Shown here: positions 34,953-46,107 of the stretch, in pieces
How the letters are laid out: every line of letters begins with the position of its first letter
How positions within the stretch are numbered: the stretch's first letter is position 1
Assembly (NCBI GenBank): GCA_017654855.1
Contig: CM030337.1
Span: 3,100,001-3,164,000, forward strand
Direction of reading: 5' to 3'
Length of the DNA stretch: 64,000 nucleotides
From: Podospora anserina
Taxonomy: Eukaryota
The notes under the pieces: model-generated
Seen by the model: only the letters and a program-made list of their open reading frames with translations
Databases searched by the model: none
What the model was told of the DNA's origin: nothing
Position numbers and translations under genes: made by a program

Positions 34953-36045
34953 TTATCCCCATCTTCGCCACATAATCCTTAAGAGATCCTCCCTTCGACA
35001 CCGAACTTGCTCCGCAGTCTCTGTCCCTGCTTCAACCGCGGCAATGTAGTACTCATACAGCACTTCGTAGATTTCTGATGGTTTGAAAAGGCTCAGATAA
35101 GGGTAGGCATTCTCGAAGTCCTCGACAGCTGCTGTGTCTCTTGCATGCAGGATTGGCCATATATGGAGTTGTGTTTCGATGGTGCGAAGTGCGCGATTGG
35201 CTTTGGAGCTGTCGCAGCCTGATCGCGAAGCTCATGCAGCCTCTTTTGACATTGCCTCCGTAGATTCCGTGATTTCTTGTCGCTTCGCGCATGACATGTG
35301 ATGTGGTGGTTGTGTCCTGGTATCCAGGCGATAATCAATCCGATGCCCCTTTGGTGCAACTCTTGTGATAGTGCTACCAGATAGTCATAAACCGGCGTCA
35401 AGATCAATTTCTCGCGAAGCGTGCTGTTAGGCTCCCTCTTCAGAAAACTCAGCACATTGGCGCAATCGCTGAATATGTAGAGTTCACCACGGCGGTGGGA
35501 AGTTGATAGTCGTAACCTCAGCACAGTCTGGTGTACCGCTTCCGTGATCGCCATCAGCTCTAACCACTGAATGGACGGTGCCCTTTTCACAAAGAACCCC
35601 TGGGCTTCTCCACAGAAATCCCCCTCTTTTGTTCGTTTGTCCAAACAAACTGCAAATGCACCATACACATCATTCATGTCAGAGTGACACTCAGCTGAGC
35701 CATCAACCCCATACACAACTCGCAAAAAATCTCTATTGTCGCGTGGAAGCGACAAAACATGATCGGCGTATGCCAGCGCTTTGTCTCGGTCCGCGTCGTG
35801 GTCCTCAATTCGCGCCAGGAGTTGCGGCAGCTCGTTCGCAAACCGCACAGGGGTCGATGGGAGCGGGAGAAATGTCGGCATTTCGTCTTCCTTCCCATCC
35901 CATAACAGGAATGGGAAGCTCTTCCGCGGATTATCCAAGGGTTCGATCTTTCCGATGGTGGATCGGACGCTGTCGCTCTGGAAATCCTTCCGCGATCTTT
36001 TGGAAGGGTTTCGCAGGTTTTCTAGCGACGTGGCAGCCTGGGCAT
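34953..36045 (-). CDS. RNase H-fold family paralog 3 (complete acidic core; stop at 35093 after a frameshift, ancestral frame runs to 34953)
   Basis: YGVDGS, WLELMAITEA, YIFSDCANVL, AWIPGH, HARSD; branch TGCTAAT and TAG acceptor at 36048-36046; upstream exon not resolved; extra AT at 35159-35164 shifts the frame. Confidence 0.8.
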
Positions 36046-37484
36046 CTAATAAGACACAGATAGATTAGCATTTAGTCTTGTTCATTAGGCTCTCCAACTA
36101 GCACAACAAACGATGTATTTAAGAAGACAGATTGAGCCACAGTGCTGAATGCATCATGACTCTGCGATTGTTTTCCAAGCCTTGGTTTCACAAATCGGTG
36201 CCTGAAGGGACAGAGGTCGATTGCCGGGAGAAAAAACACAAAATCAAAGATAATCAATAAATAGTAAACACGAAAGTTACCCATGTTGGAATTTGCCTGT
36301 TGGGTCCGTGGTGACGTGGATGCGACAGATGACCGTGACGAACTGTGAAGTAGGTGGCGGGTTTGGCGAACATGCAGAAGGCCAGAAAAGATTCCAGGCA
36401 GGAAATTAGCTGGATGGGTTCGATAGACGGCACTGGCAACAGATATTGCTCTTTCCGGAAGGCGACCATGCCACAAACGTGGGTGCCTGTCGGCAACGTG
36501 GGACCACCATTGTGGGAAGGCACGACGGAGTTGCTTCCACATGACCAATTATCACCTTTGGATTCCACTGACCACCCAAACCACTCAAGTGAGCAGACAA
36601 TTCAGAACGGGGGATGTAGTATATAAGCCGAATTTCTGGACATCCTTTCAATCTGGTGCTCTTTTCCTTCCATGGCCGCAGCTTCAACAAACAAGGGACA
36701 AGCCAACAAACAAATCCATAACCACCCCCTCAAGAGCTTTGTCTGGGTACCTATCCATGAACATGGGCAAGTATCACAACACAATTTAGCTAAGGTATCA
36801 CCACATATGCTCATTGCGCAGCCAGGCCTTTCCAGTATATGCAGGCAATTGGTGGATACAAGGAATACCACAGAGTTAGAATGCTGAAATTAGATATTTA
36901 AACGCCCAGGCAGACCAACAAAGCAATGCAAAACAAGAGCAGGACCAGTGGATGGAGCATGGAATATAAATATATGTTGGTAAATATAGGTATGCATGAC
37001 TACTATTGTGAAAGAAGGGATGGTCAACTGTGAACTGGTCAGTCAGGATGACTCTGAAGCAAGGGGCGCTGGGTTAAGGTAGGTAGATAGTTACCAACTG
37101 ACTCCGAAGTGGAATGGTATGACAGCGAATCAAGTTCTTACTTCTTGATGACAACCTGCAAATGCTGGATCTAGCCATATGTCTTACATTTGTTGAAGAC
37201 TTCGCTTTCACTTAGAATGTGTGTATGTGACCGAGAAAGACAGTTGTGTGTCGGATGAGCAAAGTCCAAACTCAAAGATTGCAGTCTTACCAGAGGAGCA
37301 CAGGTTCGGCCGTGCAGGTTGATAATGATAATAGAACAAAACTTTAACAGGTAACCCCAAGTTACCTAAAATGCATCCTAAAGCTGTTACGAAGAAGTTG
37401 GGTCTTTGGGTCGCTTGAGTAAGATAAGCCGAAGACGCGAATACAAAGAAACTCAGCTGAAAGGAAGGTCAAAAAATACCCAAT

Positions 37485-37690
37485 CTAACGAATCCCAGCC
37501 CACCTTGCAATCTGATCATCCGAGAAATCATCCGGACCCTAACCTTCTTCAAATAGGTATCAAACTTGCAAGCCACGGTAAACACCAGCTTCAGATGTTC
37601 ATATGTCATGCTTTTCCCCTGGAACTTGGCCAGCTGCCTCGCCGTCATAATAGGGTTCCGAATTTCAGGTCCATTCGAATGATCGTCGCA
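37485..37690 (-). pseudogene. Relic 3' end of a fungal AAA+ ATPase gene (lid region)
   Basis: NGPEIRNPIMTARQLAKFQGKSMTYEHLKLVFTVACKFDTYLKKV, then after a shift DDFSDDQIARWAGIR*. Matches the recalled NGRQIRN..TARQLA...HL...F..YL...D..A...R C-terminus; no Walker motifs upstream. Confidence 0.7.
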
Positions 37691-37936
37691 GACTCAATTT
37701 CATCTTGTTTGTGAAAGTTTTACTAAGAATAGCAATGTTAAAAGGGGTAGATCTCCATCTTCTCTCCTATACCATGAGTTGGAAGAGAGGAAGAGATCAA
37801 TGCTAAAATATATGTACCAAGAAGTGAACATCATCAAGCCCATCCACAGTCACCATCATGCCTTGAGTCGGCATTCAATTGAAACCAACAGTCTATAACC
37901 CCATATCATCGTCCAACGCTGTCACTAACACGCCAG

Positions 37937-38838
37937 TTAGCAGGTGAAGACGGCAGGTCCGGGAATGGTATAGGCTTGAGCTATAAACAGATCCATGTCA
38001 GTCTCTATTTCACAACATTTTTGAACAAAAAGGTAAAAGTGCTACGACTCACCCTTGTAAGCATCATAGGTAACACCGGGGTCGGTGCTCTTGTAGGCGC
38101 CGGGGAAGGAGACCAAGTTGGTGGGGTTGGTAGAACCGCCACCAGTAACCTGTAGCTGATGGCAACCGGGGTAGAACTGAGCACCAGGGTAGGCCCAAGC
38201 AGCATGGAGGGCAATGATCTCGTGGCGGACAAGGTAGTAGCCGGGACGAATGCAAGAGGGAATGGTGTACTGGTAAGTGGCGGGGCTCTTCATGAGAGGG
38301 GTGGCAGCCCAGTTGTTGGAGGTGCCCTCACGGCCACCTTGCTTGATTTTGAACCAGACGGCCCTTTAGAGAGGTTAGCATTTATCCTCACAACATTCGG
38401 ACAACGTGGCACATACGAGGTACCAGGAGACCAGTTCTGGCAACCGCTATCGGGGCAACGAGCCATGTAGGTAATGACGGGGCCCATGTGGGAGTCAGGC
38501 CAGAGAGTCCAGTGAAGGGTCACAGTTGAACCAGCAGCGGCAGGGGCGTGGAGAGGAGCGGGAACAGAGCCAGCATTGCACTGGACATCGATGGAGTCGA
38601 CATTCTCGACGGGACCGTTACCGGGGATGGAGCGAGAGACTCTCTGGGGCTTGTTGTTGCCCATGTAGGGGTCCATATAAGGCTGATAGAACTGTGACAC
38701 TGTTAGCATCTCGAAGCATGTCAAGAATGATCAGATGGAACTCACTTGGTAGTATTGGCCGCCAATGGTGGCATTGTCAACATAGCCGTGGGCGGCTACC
38801 AAGCCGACTGAGGCGAGAAGAGTAGCGAGAACCTTCAT
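37937..38838 (-). CDS. AA9 lytic polysaccharide monooxygenase (no CBM), similar to Neurospora PMO-3 type
   Basis: Signal MKVLATLLASVGLVAA then N-terminal His (HGYVDNATIGG); WPDSHMGP; YLVRHEIIALH; AQFYPGC; ends YTIPGPAVFTC*; three introns. Confidence 0.96.
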
Positions 38839-39721
38839 TGTGATAGAGACACTGTCGAGAACTGATCTTGCGAGTGATGGTTGAATGAAGATACAGGATG
38901 GTTTCTTTCGTTTTTATAGAACTTCTCCTCGGCCGGATAGGGCCGAGAAGCACATCTTGTTCTTGAACAACACCGGCCAACATGGAATCTCAACAACCTC
39001 AGACGGATTCGCGACCCGACAGTGGAAGTGTCCACCGTCTCTTGCAGCCAACCAAATCATGGCAGAACCTGGCTCGGTATACTTGGCCGATGCTTGTTGA
39101 CGGTGGTAGTTACTGCAACTGGAAGGGTGACATGGGACGGAGACGGTGGCGGCGAACCTAGGAAGATGTTCGCCTTGGCAACGACAGCTGCAGAGGGAGT
39201 CGATCAGAAGATGTCGATGAGAATCTGGAGTGAAGTGGAATGTGTGGAGCATCGCAACGGTTTCAACGTCTTGGAATGGGCGGCACTAATCGCCATGGAG
39301 TTGCTCCCTCCGACGTTACATTTTCCAGCCGGGGGATGTCGAACAAGATCAACCACCAATGAAATATCAGATTGAAGAAGAAAATAGCCCATTGTGGTCA
39401 TCTCCCCCCGGTTTTGAGATCGCATTGTTTGCTGTAGGTTCGGCATATGACCGGTGTTAAGAATGAATTCCTTGACTCTGGCCCTGTCGATATTGCACAA
39501 GCACAAAGCTGCCAGCCGAAAGTGGGGTCCAGTTGGAGATGAAAAATGCAGACAAACATGATTTTATTTTACACTTGGGAAAAAACAACCTGCAAGCATC
39601 CTTCCCATGGGGGGCAACTGTTGCCTTACCCCTCACCGCTCCTGGTCCCGTGCACCCGTAGCTCTTCCTCCGACATCCAATTCTCTCCTCTTCTCCCGGC
39701 GAGCCGGACCGGTCAACTTCT

Positions 39722-40802
39722 TCACTGCAAGAATGTCGGCGGAAGAGGAGGTCCCCAGATATGCAGACTGTCTGGCCCAGCCTCTGATCTCGAAATTGGC
39801 GTTGTCTCATCCACCAAGTCGCCGTCTACGTAATGTTCCAAAATGAAGCCCGATCGATCGTACCTGGCACCGAGTCAGCATCTCTACGCATCAAGCTAAT
39901 TCGCAAACAACACTGCCAACTCACCAGTAATCGAAAATCTGCGACCCAAGCACATGTCTGCCAACACCCCACACCAAGTCGTAGCCCTTGTCCCGAAGCC
40001 ATTGGTGGCCCAACGACTGAATATCGAAATCGTGTACCTCGAAGCTCGAGTGGTGGACGTGGTATTTGGGCCCTGAAGTCATTGGTCAGTCAGTTGTTTT
40101 GCCACCAACGAGATCTGGGCATGGATGTTAACCTTCAAAGAAGAACCAAGTGTGATGATCGACCTGTTCCATCCCCCTGTCCAAATGAAGGAAAGTAGAG
40201 ACGTCCTTCCCGTTGGGCTCGTGGATGATGTCGCTCGGCTTGAGGTTGAACCGAGTGGTGTAGAACTCGAACGCCTTGGCAAAGTTGGTCACGCAACACC
40301 CAACATGGCCCAACTTGTGAACGGCCGCTGGTGCCTTCTTGAACCGTTGTGTCTTGTTGACGGGCCGATGCTTGTTCTCGGGGAAGTTGTACTCCAGCTC
40401 GGGCAGGTGTGCTGACTTTTCGACGGGGGTTTGCCCATACACCAGGTGGAAGGGGAAGTCATCGACAGGATCTCTGAAGGTTACGCGCTTGCCGCCACCG
40501 GGCGCATCGGAATCGTGGACTGGGGTCGCCTTGGGAAGAGTCTTGGAGGCGAGCTCCAAATCCTCCAGGGACTCAACAACAAATCCAGCACCACCAAACT
40601 CATTTTCGGCGCCCTTGGTGGCACAGTATACAAAGGGCTCGGTCCCATAGCCCTTGAAGTATACTGTATCACCTCTGTCGTCGGCTACCGTGAAGCCGAA
40701 GTCGGCCAAAAACTCGCGTGCCTTGTCGAGATCGGCATGGGTGTAGTACACATGTGCAATACGCACAAGCTTGATCTTGGGAATCTGCTGCTCGGCCGTC
40801 AT
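39722..40802 (-). CDS. VOC-superfamily extradiol-type ring-cleavage dioxygenase (trihydroxytoluene oxygenase-like)
   Basis: Introns 40132-40073 and 39924-39864 extend the 224-aa ORF: LGHVG...DHHTWFFFEG|PKYHVHHSSFEV...WGVGRHVLGSQIFDYW|YDRSGFILEHYVDGD...WGPPLPPTFLQ*; His/His/Glu metal-ligand pattern. Confidence 0.9.
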
Positions 40803-41593
40803 GTTGGCGATGGACGTCTGGTAGGTCGTTTGAGGTGTGTTTGGTCAGAAAGATCTAATCTGATCTTCTCAGCGGGGCGAAGACATTGAGATATGGTCGA
40901 CTTTGATTCCACCGACAAGCACGGGGTATTTAGTTCGCCCGGGAGATGCACCGTTCTTCGGGGCAAATCATTGCTTGGCAGTCACAAGGTGGGTCTGCGG
41001 CGAGTCAAGCTGACCCCTTTTCACTGCTCAGTGGCATCACAGCACGTCTCTCTAGTGAATTTCCGGCTGTCCTTTTCCAGCAATCACGTTTTCACTGTGT
41101 ACGCAGGTTGATCATGGCGTATCACAACTCTTCGCTTCCTGTTTTGGGCCCTTTGTGTTGTTGGCAAAGCCACCTCTAAGTGAGGCTCAACTATCCTTGC
41201 AAGCTGTGCATATTTGCAACCACCCATCCTTTCCTTTTCACGCCTACCAGGTATCTGCATCAGAGAAGCCGCCGCGACCATGTGTCTCGCCTGTCACCTT
41301 GTCCAGCTGTCTTCGGTGGCCTGCGAGTTAATAGCTACCCGTCCCCGATGTGCCATCCGCCGTTCTTGGCACGGGCGATTTGCGAAGAAACTGTGGGGTT
41401 GTTTACTCCGTTGGCTTTGTCAAAGCTGACATGGCGATGTTGAATGATACTTATCCCTGAACGACCCCGCTGACAACCAGGTATGGGGTTGGACGGCCCC
41501 TCACATAAACAATCCAAAGTCATCAAGGTGTTTCGAATTTTTGCTGGGCTGTCTCTGCTTCTCCTCTAAACTTCGATCGCCGCGATACTTACA

Positions 41594-43424
41594 ATGGCCA
41601 ACGAGATCATCAAGACCGACCTCCTCATTGTTGGAGCAGGCCCTGCGGGTGCTGCTCTGGCATGCTTCCTCTCATCCTATGGGCGCAAAGGAATCATCAT
41701 TTCGGCCGCTTCTGGCACGGCGCATACGCCCAGAGCTCATATCACCAACATGGCTGCCCTGGAATGCCTGAGAGACATTGGACTGGACCGGCAATGCATC
41801 GATGCAGGCGCTGCGGGGAACCATATGGTGCACACAAGATGGTGCCATTCCATGGCCGGCGATGAATACGCCAGGCTCTATTCTTGGGGCAACGATCCGA
41901 AACGCAAGGTTTGTCAAAACACTGACACAGTTTCCGGCCAATTGCTGATGTCTTGTGATACAGGGTGACTATGATGCGGCAAGCCCTTGTGACCACGTCG
42001 ACCTTCCTCAGACCGAACTCGAGCCAATTCTCACGCGGAGAGCAATCCATACTGGCTGGACCTTGCGATTCGACACCTCCTTTGTGTCGTTCACGCGTCC
42101 TGAGCCAGACGTTATCATCAGCGAAGTCAAAGACAACCTTTCTGGCAAAACGTACAAGATCCAGTCACGCTTTCTGTTTGGCTGCGACGGCGCCCGCAGC
42201 CAAGTCATCCGCGAGCTCAAGATTCCCCTCATCAAGAAACCTGGGCAAGGATTGGCACTCAACGTGCTCCTCAAGGCCGATCTTTCACATCTCGTCAAGA
42301 ACCGAACCGGAAATCTACACTGGGTCTTCCAGCCGGAGAAGGAACATCCAGCTTGGGGTTGGGCCTGCATTGTCCGAATGGTTCGGCCGTGGGACGAATG
42401 GATGTTTATCTTTCTCCCACCCCCCGGTGCCGATGTCAAGGGTGACGACATGATTGCTTCGAACGAAGAGTACATTGCCCGGGTCAAACAGTTCATCGGG
42501 GACGAGTCGGTTGATGTCGAGATCAAGGACGTGAGCAAATGGATGATCAATGAGACGGTTGCGGAGTATTATTCAGATGGAAACATCTTTTGCTTGGGCG
42601 ATGCTGTCCACCGCCATCCACCATTCAACGGTCTGGGGTCCAACACTTGCATCCAGGATGCTTTCAACCTGGCATGGAAGCTCGATTACGTCATGTCTCG
42701 CCGCGCAGGTCCCAGCCTCCTCGATACCTACAGCACCGAGCGTCAACCGGTTGGTGTAGATATCATCACCCGGGCCAACCAAGGTCTTCGCGACCATGCA
42801 TTGTGGATGAAGTCTATCGGCATGTTGGAACCCGATTTGGAGAAGAGGAAAGCTATTCTGGCCGAGTTTGAGGACAAGGGCGAAGTTGGCAGGAAGAGGC
42901 GACAAGAGTTCCAAGCGGGCATCGAGAACACGGGCACCGAATTCCATGGGTTAGGCATCGAGATGAACCAACAGTATCGGTCGAATGCCGTGTATCATGG
43001 GGATGAGCCAGAAGCTCCGGCTCTGCCTGAGGACGCTGTGCGTGAACGTCTCATCTCCAGCTACCCAGGCATGAGGTTACCCCACGCCTGGTTGAACACA
43101 CGGAAGCCGGGCAAGCAGTTCTCGACTATTGATCTTGCTGGCCATGGGCGGTTCTGTCTTCTCACCGGGCCTGGTGGCCACAAGTGGAAGGAGGCTGCGG
43201 CCAACGCCGCCAAGGCCGTGGGGGTGGACATTGTGAGTTACTCGATTGGCTGGAAGGAGGACTATGAGGATGTCTATTTTGACTGGGCGAAGCGCAGGGA
43301 GGTGGAGGAGGACGGGTGTGTGTTGGTTCGCCCAGATAGGTTCGTTGCTTGGCGGTCAAAGTCCATGATTTCGAACCCGCAGGAAAAGCTGGAAAAGGTC
43401 TTGCGGAAAGTCTTGTGTCTTTAA
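41594..43424 (+). CDS. FAD-dependent aromatic hydroxylase (2,4-dichlorophenol 6-monooxygenase/TfdB-like)
   Basis: LIVGAGPAG, PRAHITN, FGCDGARS, LGDAVHRHPPFNGLGSNTCIQDAFNLAWKL, C-terminal PGMRLPHAWL and LVRPDRFVAWR; intron 41909-41963. Confidence 0.93.
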
Positions 43425-44036
43425 GCCGAGCGTGATAAGATAATAAACACAGTTCACACAATATTACACCTGGCGTGTCATTGCATCATCACACGCCTTA
43501 GCCCCGCTTGTCTCTCACCTCCATTTGTTTGCGGGTTTGATCAGGCATTTTCTCTCTTCTTTTTTCACACAAAATGGACCCAACGGATGACCTGTTGGTT
43601 GAGGAATGGGCATCATGGAGGTGAGATCAACTGGAGAGTGTCCACTCAGATGGTTTGAGCGCATATTCCACTTACGAAGTAAGACAGTGGACGATATTTA
43701 CAAGACAAGCTGACACAGGTGCATTGCGATGCCTTACACTAAAAGGCCGGGGTTGTTTGCTGCCAACTTGTGTCGGACCAGTTGTGGGATGCCTGTCCAA
43801 AGGTTCTGTCATTGTTCTGTCCGCGCAATTCAGCCTGTATCTTTTAACCCAACACGAACCAAAATCTATCCTTCGGCCCAATAGAGAGCTTTTGGATTGA
43901 CATGACACCTACTTGGTCTCCCACGGGTTCCTAGTTCTCCCACATGGTGGCCGATTATCCCGTGATGTTCCCCAACTTCCCCGGATTCACCCCAGATTTC
44001 CCCCACATTCTTGGCTTTTGGTGTGGTTCGAAAATG

Positions 44037-44051
44037 CGGGGAAATACCCCG
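44037..44051. promoter_or_regulatory. Inverted CGGGG-N5-CCCCG element upstream of the P450; candidate Zn2Cys6 site
   Basis: CGGGGAAATACCCCG; its half-site AATACCCCG recurs inverted at 40922-40930. Confidence 0.35.
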
Positions 44052-44511
44052 AAGGACGCTAGCCGGGTAGGACCGAATGGTGTTGGCCAGTGAGGATTTG
44101 GCCGGGGCTCATCCACCTAGCTGATGATATTGCCGGTAGTCTGGTTGGTTCGGTGCGTGCAGGGTGAGACGAGAGGACATGGTTAGACAGGTTGGTCCCA
44201 TGGTTGGCACACACATGGCAAGTGCGTGTCGCCGCCAGACCAGACATGTGCACCATGCCGAATTCAGGGGTGGCTGAACGTCCCGACGACTGACAGGGGG
44301 AGGAGGCAAGAGAGAAAAAGGTTTAAAGAGACCTCGAGGCTCGCCTTTGGTTTGAGATGAAGGGTAGGGCTCTTTGAACCTCTCACTCTTTTTTTTGTTT
44401 CGACAGCTTTTTGTTTACCTTACCCCCTTTTTTGACCTCATCTCTCCTCCATTGTCAACACCCCAACACCACCATCAGTTGGGCATCACACCCACTCCAA
44501 CTCTTTCAACA

Positions 44512-46107
44512 ATGGGCGTCCTCCTCCTCGCCGGCGGCGCCGCCCTCGCCCTCTCCATCCTCTACATCCTCCTCTTCACCGGCAAACGGGACCCACGTCT
44601 CCCACCCGGCCCCCCAACCCTCCCCCTAATCGGCAACCTCCATCAGATCCCCACCAAGCGCACCCACCTCCAATTCGCCGAATGGGCCAAACAATACGGC
44701 GAGATCTACTCCCTCAAGTTCGGCCCCGGAACCTCCATCGTCATTTCTTCTCCTCGCCTGATCAAACAGCTCGTCGACAAAAAGTCCCAGCTCTACTCCC
44801 GCCGCCCGCCCAGCCATGTAGCCGACCTCATCGCCCAGGGTGATCACCTCTTACTCATGCAGTACTCCGACCGCTGGAGGACATGCCGCAAGCTAGTCCA
44901 CCAGTACTTCATGGAGGGCATGGTAGCGAAGCAGCACGTCAAAGTTGTCAACGCGGAGGCGGTGCAGATGCTGCATGATTTTGTTACGGAGCCGAAAGGG
45001 CATATGAAGCATCCAAAGAGGTTCAGCAACAGTATCATCATGAGTTTGATCTACGGGACGAGGACGCCAAGTATCAAGACGGAGCATATGGTTCGGTTGT
45101 ATAGTCTTATGGAGAACTGGAGCAAGGTTATGGAGGCGGGGAATACACCACCCGTGGACATCTTTCCTTTCCTGAAGCTGGTGCCGGAGGGTTTGCTGGG
45201 GAATTGGAGGTCGAGGGCGAAGAATGTGGGCAAGGAGATGACAGAGTTGTATTCGGAGTGGGTGGAGAAGGGGATTCAACGGCATAGGGATCTGGGAGGG
45301 CGGGATTGTTTTCTGGACAAGGTTTTGGATCAGGGGTTGGAGAAGCTGGATTTGGACAAGCATGGGTTGTACTTTTTGTGCGGGACGGTGATGGAGGGGG
45401 GGTCGGATACGACGAGCTCGTTGATTATTGCTTTTATTCATGCCATGACCAAGTGGCCGGAGGTGCTCAAGAAGGCGCAGGAGCAGATTGATGCTGTGGT
45501 TGGGGAGGACAGGACGCCGACTTGGGAGGATTATGAGAAGCTGCCGTACATTGCGGCCTGTGTGAAGGAGGCGCATCGGTGGAGGCCGGTGACGCCGTTG
45601 GCGTTCCCTCATTCGTTGGCGGAGGATGATTGGGTTGATGGGATGTACTTGCCCAAGGGAAGTGATATCTTTATCAATGCTTTTGGGATGCATATGGATG
45701 AGAAGAGGTTTCCCAACCCCGATGTGTTCAACCCAGATAACTACGAGGGGTACACGGCGTTGGCGTCGGAGTTGGCTGGCGGTGATTACAACAACCGGGA
45801 TCATTATGGGTATGGCAGTGGGAGGAGGATTTGCCCTGGCATTCACTTGGCCGAGAGGAACTTGTTTTTGGCGGTTGCCAAGTTGGTGTGGGCTTTTAAC
45901 ATTGGGCCTGGGCTGGATGCTTCCGGGAGGGAGATCCCACCAGATGTCAGCCATGAAACTGGATACTGCTCAGGTTTCTTGGTGTGCGCGGAGGACTTTC
46001 CAGCTACTATCACACTGAGATCAGAGGCACGAAAGGCGACGATTCTGAGAGAGTATGCTGCTGCCAGGGCAGAGGTGTTTTCTCAGTACGAGCTACCGAA
46101 GGAGTAG
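44512..46107 (+). CDS. Cytochrome P450, CYP619-like (resembles patulin-pathway m-cresol/hydroxybenzyl alcohol hydroxylases)
   Basis: TM anchor, PPGPPTLPLIGNLHQ, HPKRFSNSI, MEGGSDTT, KEAHRWRP, RDHYGYGSGRRICPGIHLAERNLF; intronless. Family is from recalled similarity. Confidence 0.93.
   Translation: MGVLLLAGGAALALSILYILLFTGKRDPRLPPGPPTLPLIGNLHQIPTKRTHLQFAEWAKQYGEIYSLKFGPGTSIVISSPRLIKQLVDKKSQLYSRRPPSHVADLIAQGDHLLLMQYSDRWRTCRKLVHQYFMEGMVAKQHVKVVNAEAVQMLHDFVTEPKGHMKHPKRFSNSIIMSLIYGTRTPSIKTEHMVRLYSLMENWSKVMEAGNTPPVDIFPFLKLVPEGLLGNWRSRAKNVGKEMTELYSEWVEKGIQRHRDLGGRDCFLDKVLDQGLEKLDLDKHGLYFLCGTVMEGGSDTTSSLIIAFIHAMTKWPEVLKKAQEQIDAVVGEDRTPTWEDYEKLPYIAACVKEAHRWRPVTPLAFPHSLAEDDWVDGMYLPKGSDIFINAFGMHMDEKRFPNPDVFNPDNYEGYTALASELAGGDYNNRDHYGYGSGRRICPGIHLAERNLFLAVAKLVWAFNIGPGLDASGREIPPDVSHETGYCSGFLVCAEDFPATITLRSEARKATILREYAAARAEVFSQYELPKE

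Noticed and set aside
29323-36045. RNase H ORFs as parts of an LTR or LINE retrotransposon, or as the arms of one inverted-repeat element
   Set aside because: No RT (YxDD), integrase, gag, LTR or poly(A) nearby. The copies are too diverged at DNA level to be terminal repeats and they share an intron acceptor.
36254-36960. Several short Cys-rich or hydrophobic ORFs upstream of RNase H copy 3
   Set aside because: No coherent reading frame; could hold the missing exon or a relic, but this is unsupported.
44893-45954. 353-aa antisense ORF inside the P450 (and similar antisense ORFs at 49073-49858, 42008-42550, 5121-5615)
   Set aside because: Shadow ORFs from codon bias on the opposite strand of well-supported genes; no recognisable motifs.
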